Shown piece after piece: positions 29,144 through 39,947 of a stretch of DNA of 64,000 bases (position 1 is the first letter of the stretch; every line of letters starts with the position of its first letter). Source of the stretch: Polyangiales bacterium (GTDB lineage: Bacteria > Myxococcota_A > Polyangia > Polyangiales > Polyangiaceae); assembly GCA_038231275.1 (NCBI GenBank), contig JBBRLQ010000004.1, positions 335,960 to 399,959 on the forward strand. The letters run 5' to 3'. The notes under the pieces were generated by a model that made no database searches, was not told the DNA's origin, and saw nothing but the letters and a program-made list of their open reading frames with translations. Position numbers and translations under genes: made by a program.

Positions 29144-29472
29144 CTGTGTCAGCCAATCATCTAGGCGTCAATCCAATAGTTGGGAATCGCCCGAGTCCCA
29201 TTTGGTGAATGCAGAATTCGCACTAACGGCGACGGCGGAGTCAAGCGATGCTGAATTTGGCCGATTTTTCAAAAAATTGGTCACCGCTGGGGGAGAACGG
29301 TCAACGGACTTTCGTATCCGCTAATCCGGAAGCGGAGAGGGGGGGCCGAAGCATCCTTTTTTTCTACCTCATGAGACGACGCAGCCCCATCGCGAAACGC
29401 AGTTCCCCTTCTTCTCCATCCGCGGCGTGAAATACGCTGCCTCCTCTGAACCCCTATCAAGGAGATACGACC

Positions 29473-30117
29473 ATGGCAGCTTCGACGCGCATCGCCGTCA
29501 TCGGCGCAGGCCACGTGGGCGGAAACCTGGGCACGCGCCTCTCGCAGTCAGGCTTCGCGGTCCGCTTCGGCGTTCGCGAGGGCACAGACACGAAGGCGTT
29601 GCTCGCGGCGTGCAAAGACGCGACCTCGGCGACGCCCGCTGAAGCGGCGGCGTGGGGCGACGTCGTCTTCTTGGCGGTCCCGGGCAATGTGGCGCTCGAC
29701 GTCGCGCGCTCCCTCGCGGCGATGCTCGCCGGAAAGATCGTCGTCGACTGCAACAACCCCCTCACGTGGAAGGACGGCCCCGTTTGGGCGCCGCCGCCCG
29801 AGGGCTCGCTCGCCGCGGCGATCGCGAAGGCAGCACCTGGCGCGCGCGTCCTCAAGGGCTTCAACACGTTCGGCGCGGAGTTCCACGGGGATCCATGCCG
29901 CGCGGGCGTCCCCGCAAACGTGTTCCTCGCGGGCGACGACGCAGACGCGAAGAAGGTCGTCATCGACGTCGCGAACGCGAGCGGGTTCGCCGCCGTCGAC
30001 GCCGGACCGCTGCGCAACGCCAGCGTCCTCGAGAACGTCGCGATGCTATGGATCCACCTCGCGATGGTCGGCGGCCAGGGACGCGACTTCGTCCTCACCA
30101 TGACGAGGGCGAAATGA
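29473..30117 (+). CDS. NADPH-dependent F420 reductase-like oxidoreductase
   Basis: IGAGHVG Rossmann motif, DCNNP, KGFNT, AGDD, DAGPL; AAGGAG RBS. Confidence 0.88.
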   Translation: MAASTRIAVIGAGHVGGNLGTRLSQSGFAVRFGVREGTDTKALLAACKDATSATPAEAAAWGDVVFLAVPGNVALDVARSLAAMLAGKIVVDCNNPLTWKDGPVWAPPPEGSLAAAIAKAAPGARVLKGFNTFGAEFHGDPCRAGVPANVFLAGDDADAKKVVIDVANASGFAAVDAGPLRNASVLENVAMLWIHLAMVGGQGRDFVLTMTRAK

Positions 30118-30373
30118 AGCTCGCCGGCGCGAAGCTCGTGGTCTTCGGCGTCGGCCTCGCGTCGGCCAAGCTCCTCGCGACCGAGGGCGCGGAGCTCGTC
30201 GTGACCGATCACGGCGGCTTCCTCCTCGATCTCTCACTCGCGAAGTTCCGCGCGACGGTCGACGGAAAATGCTGGGTGCAGGTCACCCTCGCGCATTGTT
30301 CCTCGTCACGACGGGCTACGTGACGGGGACCGTCTTCGCGGTCGACGGGCTGCCGCACGCGACGGCGATCTAA
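30114..30373 (+). pseudogene. Heavily deleted short-chain dehydrogenase remnant
   Basis: ATGA overlap with the upstream gene; MKLAGAKLVVFG-VGLASAKLL (glycine motif collapsed); SDR C-terminus LFLVTTGYVTGTVFAVDG in another frame. Confidence 0.7.
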
Positions 30374-30410
30374 CGACGATCCGCGACCCCTCGCCGCGCG
30401 TAGTCCAGAG

Positions 30411-31130
30411 ATGAAGGCGCTCGTCTTCGCCGTGCTCGCGCTGGTGGGCTGCGCTCAGGCGCAATCGCCCGCCGTGATTCCTGACGGCGGGGTGGCTGCT
30501 ACGCCGACTCGCGACGCGGGCGCCGAAGGGGCCTCGCAGCGGTACCTCGCGCTCGGCGACTCGTTTACGATCGGGACCGGCACGACGCCCGATCGATCGA
30601 TGCCCGCGCGTCTCACGTCGCGATGGCAGGCCGCGGGGTGCGCCGTGGTCCTCAAGAACCTCGGCGTGAACGGGTACACGACCGACGACCTCATCGCCGA
30701 CGAGCTTCCCCGGGTGAAGGCCTTCGCGCCCACGCGCGTCACCCTCGCGATCGGCGCCAACGACATCGTGCAGGGAAGCACGCCCGACGAGTACCGCGCG
30801 CGCGTGAAGAGCATCCTCGCCGCGCTCGTGAACGATGGCGTCACCCCTTCGCGCATCTTCGTCTTGCCGCAACCCGAATGGTCACGATCGCCCGCGGCGC
30901 ACGGCATCGGCTCCGAGGCCGATCTCACTGCGCAGATCACGCTCTACAACCAAATCCTGCGCGACGAGGCGACCGCCGGAGGCGCGCGCTGGGTCGATCT
31001 CACCGCGCGCATGCATCAGCAAGCCGACGCGAAGATGCTCGCGTCGGACGTTCTCCACCCAAACGCCGACGCGTACGACGAGTGGGCCTCCGACCTCGCC
31101 GCGCTGGGCACGCCCTGCGACGATTCGTGA
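30411..31130 (+). CDS. SGNH/GDSL hydrolase lipoprotein
   Basis: LVGC lipobox; LGDS, GVNG, GAND, DVLHP. Confidence 0.92.
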   Translation: MKALVFAVLALVGCAQAQSPAVIPDGGVAATPTRDAGAEGASQRYLALGDSFTIGTGTTPDRSMPARLTSRWQAAGCAVVLKNLGVNGYTTDDLIADELPRVKAFAPTRVTLAIGANDIVQGSTPDEYRARVKSILAALVNDGVTPSRIFVLPQPEWSRSPAAHGIGSEADLTAQITLYNQILRDEATAGGARWVDLTARMHQQADAKMLASDVLHPNADAYDEWASDLAALGTPCDDS

Positions 31131-31169
31131 GCCCGAGCGCGAGCGCCTTGGCGGCGCTGCGTCACTCTC

Positions 31170-31256
31170 TGGTACCGAAGATCGGACTTGAACCGATACG
31201 AGGGGTTACCTCGGCGGATTTTGAATCCGCTGCGTCTACCATTCCGCCACTTCGGC
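31170..31256 (-). tRNA. tRNA-Leu(CAA); CCA encoded
   Basis: Reverse complement GCCGAAGTGGCGGAATGGTAGACGCAGCGGATT-CAA-AATCCGC...GGTTCAAGTCC...CTTCGGTACCA; long variable arm. Confidence 0.96.
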
Positions 31257-31300
31257 TCGCCCCGCGCGCGGGACGCGAACACTCCTATCACACGCAGGAA

Positions 31301-31329
31301 CGTTTCGCTCCGCTGCGCTTCGCTCCACT
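31301..31329 (-). repeat. Post-stop 29-bp element, copy 1
   Basis: AGTGGAGCGAAGCGCAGCGGAGCGAAACG on the minus strand, 2 nt after the kinase TGA. Confidence 0.85.
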
Positions 31330-31331
31330 CC

Positions 31332-32732
<1,401 letters not shown>

Positions 32733-32862
32733 GTCACGCCGACCTTAGAGCAACCGTCCTTTGGAGGGAACGATTGCTCTACCTTCTTGTGCTCGACACT
32801 CTTGGCGAACGGCCTCCACGTGGACGACGCGTCGTCGCCCGGATCGGGGTAGCCTCGCCGTC

Positions 32863-33711
32863 ATGCGGAACGTTTCGATCGGCGCCGTCGTCCTCCTTTG
32901 CGCGGTGGCGCTCGGCGGATGCAAAGACAAGGGCAAAGAGAGCGCGCAGAAGGCGCAGGAGAACGTGTCTGCCCTCGTGACGCTCGCGCAGAAGGACGTC
33001 GAGGAGATCCAGCGCGGATTGCCGGAGGGGGCCAAGCGTATGGCGAGCCTGGTGGAGAAGCGCGAGCCGCTCGAGCCGCCGGTCGTCCGCCTGCGCCTCC
33101 AGAAGACGCGTCGCGACGTGCCCGATCTCAACATCGCCAAATCGACGTTCTTCGCGCTCGCTGACGAAAAGGGCGTCGCAGTGCGAAACGATCTCGAGGT
33201 CGACACGATGGCGGGGCAGAACCTCGCGCAGATCTTCCCCGACCTCACGAAGGCGCTCGGCGGCGCGTACGTCGAAACGAACGGGGCGTTCCCGGGACCC
33301 GCAGGTCCGCAGGGGCCGGATCGCGATTGGATCGCGGCGGCGCCGATCGTGAGGCCCGACGGGACGGTCGGCGGCGTCTTCTTGACCGGCTGGACGTATC
33401 GCAAATTCGCATATCACCTCCAGGAGCAGCTCAAACACGACATGGGCGAGGCGCTCCTCAAGTCGAAGGACACCGGCAAGCTCCCCGTCCTCTACGTCGC
33501 GCTCTTCGACAAGTCCGGCGTCTACGCCGCGAGCCAGACTCCTCAGGTGAACGAGAAGGCGCTCGACGGCGAGAAGCTCTTCGACAAGACGGCGAACGGC
33601 CCGGTGCAGGCGGTCATCTCGATCACCGAGCGCGAGTTCGGGTACGCGGCGGGGCGGGTGACCAAGCTCGGCGCCGAGGTCGGCGTCGTCGTGCTCCGAA
33701 GCGAGATCTAG
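32863..33711 (+). CDS. Lipoprotein, possible Cache/PAS-like sensor fold
   Basis: ALGGC lipobox; FALADEKGVAV...AAAPIVRPDGTVGGVF resembles a Cache domain. Confidence 0.6.
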   Translation: MRNVSIGAVVLLCAVALGGCKDKGKESAQKAQENVSALVTLAQKDVEEIQRGLPEGAKRMASLVEKREPLEPPVVRLRLQKTRRDVPDLNIAKSTFFALADEKGVAVRNDLEVDTMAGQNLAQIFPDLTKALGGAYVETNGAFPGPAGPQGPDRDWIAAAPIVRPDGTVGGVFLTGWTYRKFAYHLQEQLKHDMGEALLKSKDTGKLPVLYVALFDKSGVYAASQTPQVNEKALDGEKLFDKTANGPVQAVISITEREFGYAAGRVTKLGAEVGVVVLRSEI

Positions 33712-33718
33712 GGATCGA

Positions 33719-33928
33719 CTAGCGCTCGACCCCTACGTCCTCGGACGCCCGACCGAACGTGTGGAGGCCGTACACGAGCAGGATCCAGCCTCCGAGGACG
33801 ACCCAGCTCCCGAGCGCGTTGCTCGACGTGCCGACGATCGCGAGGCCCACGGTCTGCACGATCGCGCCGGCGACGAGGAGCTTGCGACCACGCGCAGCGC
33901 GCGACTCGGCGGTTTCTTTCGGGGGCAT
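33719..33928 (-). CDS. Small two-TM membrane protein
   Basis: MPPKET...LLVAGAIVQTVGLAIV...WVVLGGWILLVYGLHTFGR. Confidence 0.6.
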   Translation of the reverse strand: MPPKETAESRAARGRKLLVAGAIVQTVGLAIVGTSSNALGSWVVLGGWILLVYGLHTFGRASEDVGVER

Positions 33929-33976
33929 GAAAATGCAGCCTAGCGGGCAAGCTCGACTGTCGCTAGAACGGAAGGG

Positions 33977-35698
33977 ATGCCTCGTTTTGCAGCACTCGAC
34001 GTAGGCTCCAACGCGCTCCGGTTGCGCGTGATCGAGGCGCAGGCCCCGTCCCGCGCGGTCGATCGATCCCAGCTGACGCTCCTCCCCTCGGAGAAAGAGA
34101 GCCCCACCGGCTGGCGCGAGCTCCTCAGCCTGCGCGCGCCCGTGCGACTCGGCAGCGAAGTGTTCGTTTCGGGCCGGCTCGCCCCCGCGTCGATCGGCCA
34201 GGCGTGCGCGGCGCTCCGGCAATTTCGCGACGCGATGGACCAGCTCGGCGTCGACGCCTACCGCGCGACCGCCACGAGCGCCGTTCGCGAGGCCCAGAAC
34301 GGCGCCACGTTGGTCGAGCGCGCACGTCGCGAGGCGCGCATCGAGCTCGAGGTCATCGAGGGCGTCGAAGAGGCGCGCCTCATTCAGCTCGCGGTGGTCC
34401 GTCGGCTCAGGCTGGAAGAGCGGCGCGCGCTGCTCGTCGATGTCGGCGGCGGCTCGACCGAGGTGACCTTCCTCGATCGCAGCCAGGGCATCTTCGCGAT
34501 GAGCCTATCGATGGGGACCGTGAGGCTGCTGGAGACGTTCATCAACGGCGACCGCAAGCGCCGGAACGACACGCCGACGTCGGGGCGCGTCGATCGCGAG
34601 CAGATGAAGCTGATGGGCGAGACGATCGATCGCGCGTTCGCCGACGTCGTGCCTCACATCAAGCGGACGAGCGAGCTGCTCGTGGGGACCGGCGGCAACG
34701 TCGAGACCCTCGCCGAGCTGTGCCCGGTGCGCGGCGCGATGCCCGGCGCGCCCCGCGCGATCGACGTCGCGCAGATGCGCGCGCTCATCGCCAAGATGGC
34801 GACGATGTCGACCGAAGAGCGACGCGCGACGTACTCGCTGCGTCCCGATCGCGCCGACACGATCATCCCTGCGTCGCTCATCTTTTTGAAGGCGGCAGAG
34901 GCGTTCCGCCTCGCGAGCGTCACGGTCCCCGGCGCCGGGCTCAAGGAGGGGATCCTCGAGGAGCTCGTCGACAAGTACTTCGACGTATGGGACGAGGCCG
35001 GCGAGGCGAAGAGCGTGCTCCTCGCGTGCCGTCGCCTCGGCGCGCGCTACTCGTTCGACGAGGCGCACGCCGAGCACGTGGCCCGCTTCGCGACGCAGCT
35101 CTTCGACGATCTCCAGCCGATGCACGCGTTCACGCCGCGCGATCGGATGCTCCTGCAAGCGGCGGCGCTGCTGCACGACATCGGCGACTACGTCCGGTAC
35201 GACGGGCACCACAAACACAGCTACTACCTGGTGATGCACGCGGAGATCCTCGGGCTCCTCCCCGAAGAGCGCGCCGTCGTCGCGAACATCGCGCGCTACC
35301 ACCGCAAGAGCCCGCCCGACATCGATCACCCGAATTTCCGCGAGCTCGACAAGGTCTCGCGCGGCAAGGTGCGCGGACTCTCGGCGCTGCTCCGCGTCGC
35401 CGACGCGCTCGATCGCGAGCACCGCGGCAAGGTGCAGGACGCCCGCGCCGAGCTCGACACGACCAAGCGCCGCGTGCTCCTCCACCTCGACGGCCCCGAA
35501 GAGCGCGAGCTCGAAGAGTGGACGGTCAAGAACAAGAGCGAGCTCTTTCGCGACGTTTTCGATCTCGACGTGAACATCGCGCCGCGCGAGGGCGGCGCAA
35601 AGAGCTCACGCGACGGCCGCGCCGACCGCGAAGAGCCAGGCAGCGGCGAGACGGTCGTGGCTGCAGCGGCGCCCCCGAAGCAGAAGACCGCGAGCTAG
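33977..35698 (+). CDS. ppx: Exopolyphosphatase / pppGpp phosphatase with HD domain
   Basis: DVGSN, ATSAVREA, EEARL, DVGGGSTE, RADTI, LKEG, LLHDIG, RYHRK. Confidence 0.93.
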   Translation: MPRFAALDVGSNALRLRVIEAQAPSRAVDRSQLTLLPSEKESPTGWRELLSLRAPVRLGSEVFVSGRLAPASIGQACAALRQFRDAMDQLGVDAYRATATSAVREAQNGATLVERARREARIELEVIEGVEEARLIQLAVVRRLRLEERRALLVDVGGGSTEVTFLDRSQGIFAMSLSMGTVRLLETFINGDRKRRNDTPTSGRVDREQMKLMGETIDRAFADVVPHIKRTSELLVGTGGNVETLAELCPVRGAMPGAPRAIDVAQMRALIAKMATMSTEERRATYSLRPDRADTIIPASLIFLKAAEAFRLASVTVPGAGLKEGILEELVDKYFDVWDEAGEAKSVLLACRRLGARYSFDEAHAEHVARFATQLFDDLQPMHAFTPRDRMLLQAAALLHDIGDYVRYDGHHKHSYYLVMHAEILGLLPEERAVVANIARYHRKSPPDIDHPNFRELDKVSRGKVRGLSALLRVADALDREHRGKVQDARAELDTTKRRVLLHLDGPEERELEEWTVKNKSELFRDVFDLDVNIAPREGGAKSSRDGRADREEPGSGETVVAAAAPPKQKTAS

Positions 35699-35721
35699 AA
35701 GTTCTGTATCGTCCCGCACGC

Positions 35722-36348
35722 ATGCGGCTCGCGGTCTTCGTCCTCTCCGGCGCCTTCGCCACGGCGGCAGTCGGCTGCGCTGGGCAAGGCGTCCCCGACC
35801 CTCGGTCGGCGGCGAACGACTACGCGGCGGCGGCGGCGCGCGGCGATTCGGACGCGATCTACGGGATGATGACCGCGAGCGCGCAGAAGAGCCGGAGCCG
35901 TGACGACGTAAAAAAGATCGTGGCCTCGGAGCGCGAGGAGCTGGCCGAGCAAGCCGCGGCGCTTCGCTCGAAAGACGCGCGCGCGCAGGCCACGGCCCGC
36001 CTCAAGTTCGACGACGGCGAAGAGGCCGCGCTCGATCTCCACGACGGGCGATTCTGGGTGACGAGCGCCGGCGCGCTTCCGGGCGGAGCGCGCACGCCGG
36101 AGCAGGCGCTCGATCAGCTCCGGCGCGTGGTGGCGCGTCGCTCGTACGCCGGCCTCATGCGCGTCCTGTCGCCGGCGACGCGCGCGGCGATCGAGCAGGA
36201 CTTGCGCTCGCTCGTCGTCGGCCTCGACAAGCCGGACACGCTTCAAATTCAGGTCACCGGCGACAACGCCGTCGTCAACGTTCCCGGCGGCCACCACGTG
36301 CGCCTGAAGCGCGAGGGCGGCGTCTGGCGTGTAGACGACTTCGACTAG
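35722..36348 (+). CDS. Lipoprotein with two NTF2-like repeats
   Basis: AVGC lipobox; two similar units ending in LHDGRFWV and REGGVWRV. Confidence 0.65.
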   Translation: MRLAVFVLSGAFATAAVGCAGQGVPDPRSAANDYAAAAARGDSDAIYGMMTASAQKSRSRDDVKKIVASEREELAEQAAALRSKDARAQATARLKFDDGEEAALDLHDGRFWVTSAGALPGGARTPEQALDQLRRVVARRSYAGLMRVLSPATRAAIEQDLRSLVVGLDKPDTLQIQVTGDNAVVNVPGGHHVRLKREGGVWRVDDFD

Positions 36349-36375
36349 TGGAGCGAAGCGCAGCGGAGCGAAACG
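36347..36375 (+). repeat. Post-stop 29-bp element, copy 2
   Basis: AGTGGAGCGAAGCGCAGCGGAGCGAAACG overlapping TAG 36346-36348; identical to copy 1. Confidence 0.85.
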
Positions 36376-36384
36376 GTCCGCGCT

Positions 36385-37182
36385 ATGCTTCTGCGCGTGA
36401 AGCGCGCCCCTCTCGCACTGGTCGCCGCGATCCTCGTGGCGCTCGCGCTCGCCTTGCCTAGGCCGGCGCGCGCGTTCGGCGATCAGGGCGCGTTCGATCC
36501 GCGCGTGCTCCTCGTCGGCGGACAGACGGGCGCCGCGCGTCCCAACGCGCCGGCGCGGTGGTCGTGGGAGCTGGTCCAGCGCACGAGCGCTCCCGCGCGC
36601 CTCAAGCCGGGGACGGTCCGCGCCGAGGATCCCGCGATCACCGACGGCCCCTTCCTCTATTGGAGCGGCGACGCGCAGGTCCCGACGCTCACGACGGCGG
36701 AGGTCGCGGGGCTCCGGCGCTTCTTCTCGCTCGGCGGCGTCATGCTCGTCGACGACGCCGGCGTCTCGGCAGAGGGGGAGCCTGGCGCGTTCTCCAAATC
36801 CGCGCGCCGCGAGATCGCGCGCGTCCTTCCGGAGTCGACGCCGATCACGATCGGCGAGGAGCACGTGGTCTTCCGGAGCTTCTACTTGCTAAGGCGCGCG
36901 GAAGGTCGCGTCGCAGGAACCAAGACCCTCGACGCCATCGTCCGTGGCGGACAGGCTCAGGTCATCTTCTCGTCGCACGATCTCGGAGGCGCGCTCGCGC
37001 GAGGGCCCACCGGGCTGTGGGAGCAGACCGTCGTCCCGGGAGGCGACGCGCAACGGGAGCGCGCGATCCGCCTCGCCGTCAACGTCGCGATGTACGTACT
37101 CTGCTCGAACTACAAGGACGACCAAGTACACGCCCCCTTCCTCATGCGACGGCGCGCGATGGCGCCCACGGTCCTTCCATGA
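36385..37182 (+). CDS. DUF4159 family exported protein
   Basis: PFLYWSG, GGVMLVDD, HVVFRSFY, RLAVNVAMYVL, NYKDDQVH. Confidence 0.8.
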   Translation: MLLRVKRAPLALVAAILVALALALPRPARAFGDQGAFDPRVLLVGGQTGAARPNAPARWSWELVQRTSAPARLKPGTVRAEDPAITDGPFLYWSGDAQVPTLTTAEVAGLRRFFSLGGVMLVDDAGVSAEGEPGAFSKSARREIARVLPESTPITIGEEHVVFRSFYLLRRAEGRVAGTKTLDAIVRGGQAQVIFSSHDLGGALARGPTGLWEQTVVPGGDAQRERAIRLAVNVAMYVLCSNYKDDQVHAPFLMRRRAMAPTVLP

Positions 37183-39938
37183 AGCGTCCTCCCTCGCGGC
37201 TCGTCGCCGGTCTTTTGATCGCGACGGCCACCGTCACCGTCGCGTGTGGCTCGAAGAGCTCCGGCACCACCCCGCCCCCCGACGACACCGACCTGCCTTC
37301 GTTCATCACGGCGCCGGAGTCGTGCGCGTACTCGTGCCCGGTCACCGACTGCGCCGAGGCGACGGCGCCGTACGCGTGCCCGAGCATGCCCGAGTGGTCG
37401 AAGATCCCGCACGCCGACACGTGTGCGCCGTGGGACGGCAAGTACCCCGCGCCGCAGCAGGGGCAGTGCACCGTGAGCGCGCCGACCGGCGACGCCGCGA
37501 AATACGCGGGCGCCGACGGCAACGCGATCATCTTGCCGGATGGGCGACGCATTCGTCCCTCGGGAAGCGAGTGGGCGTTCGCAGAGGCGGACCTCCTTGG
37601 CGGTCTGACGAGCGCGGTGCTGCACGTTCCGCAGACGAGCTTCGTGCTCACCGTCGACACCGGTCCGGGAGTCCACGCGGTCCGCGTCGTCGACACCGCG
37701 AAGCTTGGAAGCGGCAACCCCGTCACGAGCTACGTCGCGTTCCCCCCGACATCCACGTTGAACAGCGGCATCGCCTTCGTGGCGCCCGATCTCGTCTACG
37801 TGGCGACCGCCGACGGCATCGTGCAAGCGCTGAAGCTCGACACGCAGACCGGGCAGCTCACGAAGGACGACGCGCGGACGATCACACTCGACGCGACGCG
37901 CGACGCGAACGGCAACCCGGCCAAGTGGTACGTGTCGGGCGTCGCGGTGTCGCCGGACAAGACACGCCTCGTCGTCACCCCCGTGCTCCAGACGACGCTC
38001 TTCGTCTACGACGTCGCGGCCGGCTCCGCGACCTTCGGCAAGAAGCTCGGTCAAGTGGAGCTCCCTTCGAGCGACTCGTACGGCGCGTGGTTCGACCCCG
38101 CAGATCCTGCGCATGCGTACGTCACGATGTGGGCGTCGCACGCGGTCGTCGAAGTGGACGTGTCGACGCCCGCGACGCCGAAGATCAGCCGCAAGTTCGC
38201 CACCGACAAGGACCCCACGCAGGTCGCGTTCCTCGACGCGCGCTGGATGGCCGTCGCGAACGATCTCGGCGACACGATCTCGCTCGTCGATCGCGCGAGC
38301 GGCGCCGTGAGGAGCCTGCCCATCGAGTCGGACGGCCTCAATGGCGTCGAACCGAGCGCCCTCGGCTGGGACGCGACGCACAAGCGCCTGTACGCGACGC
38401 TTGCGGGAGTGAACGCGGTGGCCGCGTACGACGTCGACCTCACGAAGGATCCGCCCTCAATCACGCCGGCCGGGCGACTGGCAACGGGATGGTGGCCTTC
38501 AGGAGTGACGACGCTCGACGACGGGAGCGTCGTCATCTCGAGCCTCCGCGGACACGGCGCCGGACCCAGGCCCCTCCACTTCGCGATCGACGACAACGAC
38601 ACCTCCGATCGCATGCGCGGCAGCATCCAGAAGGTCCCCGTCGACGTCGCGCTCGCCGCCGCCGATGCCGCGGCGATCGACGCGAACAATTCCGTCGGCG
38701 CGCTGCCCGGTCATCCCTCCCTCACCTGCCCCTCAGGCGTGAGCGACTTCCCGATCCCGGCGACGAACGCCGAGGGCCCGTCCAAAAGCCTCCAGCACGT
38801 CTTCTTCATCGTCCGCGAGAACAAGGGCTTCGACGGGATCTTCGGCGATTTCCCGGGCGCCGAGGGGCACGCGGACCTGACGTTCAAGACCGGGGCCGGG
38901 GAGATGGACGCGATTTGGCAGAACCTCCGCGGCCTCGCCCGCGACTTCGCGATGAGCGACAACTATTACACCGACGCCGTCTACTCGACGCAAGGTCACA
39001 ACTGGACGGTGTACGGGCGCGCGACCGACTTCGACGAGCGCACGTGGGCGATCTCCGGCGGCGGCCACGACGGCCGACCAGTCCCCGGCGGCGGGGTCAC
39101 AGACGTCGGCATGCCGGTCGAGGGCTCGCTCTTCGATTGGCTCTACAAGAACCAGGTTCAGTACGATCTGCTCGGCGAGATCGTCGGCAGCCCCAAGACC
39201 ACCGATCCCGCCCACCCGTCGATCGACATCCGGTACCCGGGCGGTCCGTTCCAGAACATCTTCTATCCGGACCTGAAGAAGGCTTGTTACACGGCGGGCC
39301 GGGTGCGCGTGCTCTGCAACGTCGCGAGCTTCGTCTACATGACGATCTCGAACGATCACTCGCGCGGCGTGCACCCCGACGCGCCGACGCCGGAGACCTA
39401 CTGCGCAGTGAACGACGAGGCGACGGGGATGATCGTCGACGCGATCAGCCACAGCCCCATCTGGCAGAGCTCGCTCATCCTGATCACCGAGGACGATCCG
39501 TCGCAGGGCGGTGAGCACATCGACTCGCACCGCGCGCCGTTCGTCGCCATCTCTCCGTGGGTGAAGCGCGGGTACGTGTCGAAGACGCACATCGACGTCG
39601 CGAGCGCGCACAAGCTCTTCGCGCACGTCTTCGGCAAGCCGTACAACAACCGCACCGTCGCGAACGCCGGGTTGCCGCTCGATCTCTTCACGTCGACGCC
39701 GGATTTCGCGCCGTACACGTACAAGCCGCGATCGGTGCCGCTCAAGTGCGGCAACGGCGCGAAGCTCGGGGAGAAATCGCTGAGCGAGTCGTGGGACCTG
39801 ACGGAGGCCGACGAGCAACCGGGGCTCGACGCGCAGGTCACGCGATGGATGCGCGGCGTGCAGTTCGAGACGTTGCCGCCGAATCTGCGCGCGCGCGTCG
39901 AGATGCGCGCCGAGCAGCGGGCGCTGCGCGGGGACTGA
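37179..39938 (+). CDS. Lipoprotein: YncE-like beta-propeller fused to an alkaline-phosphatase/phosphoesterase-like domain
   Basis: Lipobox TVAC; HVFFIVRENKGFD, DNYY, GHNW, NDH, TEDD, HIDSHR, ISPW. Confidence 0.8.
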   Translation: MKRPPSRLVAGLLIATATVTVACGSKSSGTTPPPDDTDLPSFITAPESCAYSCPVTDCAEATAPYACPSMPEWSKIPHADTCAPWDGKYPAPQQGQCTVSAPTGDAAKYAGADGNAIILPDGRRIRPSGSEWAFAEADLLGGLTSAVLHVPQTSFVLTVDTGPGVHAVRVVDTAKLGSGNPVTSYVAFPPTSTLNSGIAFVAPDLVYVATADGIVQALKLDTQTGQLTKDDARTITLDATRDANGNPAKWYVSGVAVSPDKTRLVVTPVLQTTLFVYDVAAGSATFGKKLGQVELPSSDSYGAWFDPADPAHAYVTMWASHAVVEVDVSTPATPKISRKFATDKDPTQVAFLDARWMAVANDLGDTISLVDRASGAVRSLPIESDGLNGVEPSALGWDATHKRLYATLAGVNAVAAYDVDLTKDPPSITPAGRLATGWWPSGVTTLDDGSVVISSLRGHGAGPRPLHFAIDDNDTSDRMRGSIQKVPVDVALAAADAAAIDANNSVGALPGHPSLTCPSGVSDFPIPATNAEGPSKSLQHVFFIVRENKGFDGIFGDFPGAEGHADLTFKTGAGEMDAIWQNLRGLARDFAMSDNYYTDAVYSTQGHNWTVYGRATDFDERTWAISGGGHDGRPVPGGGVTDVGMPVEGSLFDWLYKNQVQYDLLGEIVGSPKTTDPAHPSIDIRYPGGPFQNIFYPDLKKACYTAGRVRVLCNVASFVYMTISNDHSRGVHPDAPTPETYCAVNDEATGMIVDAISHSPIWQSSLILITEDDPSQGGEHIDSHRAPFVAISPWVKRGYVSKTHIDVASAHKLFAHVFGKPYNNRTVANAGLPLDLFTSTPDFAPYTYKPRSVPLKCGNGAKLGEKSLSESWDLTEADEQPGLDAQVTRWMRGVQFETLPPNLRARVEMRAEQRALRGD

Positions 39939-39947
39939 GCGCCGCGA

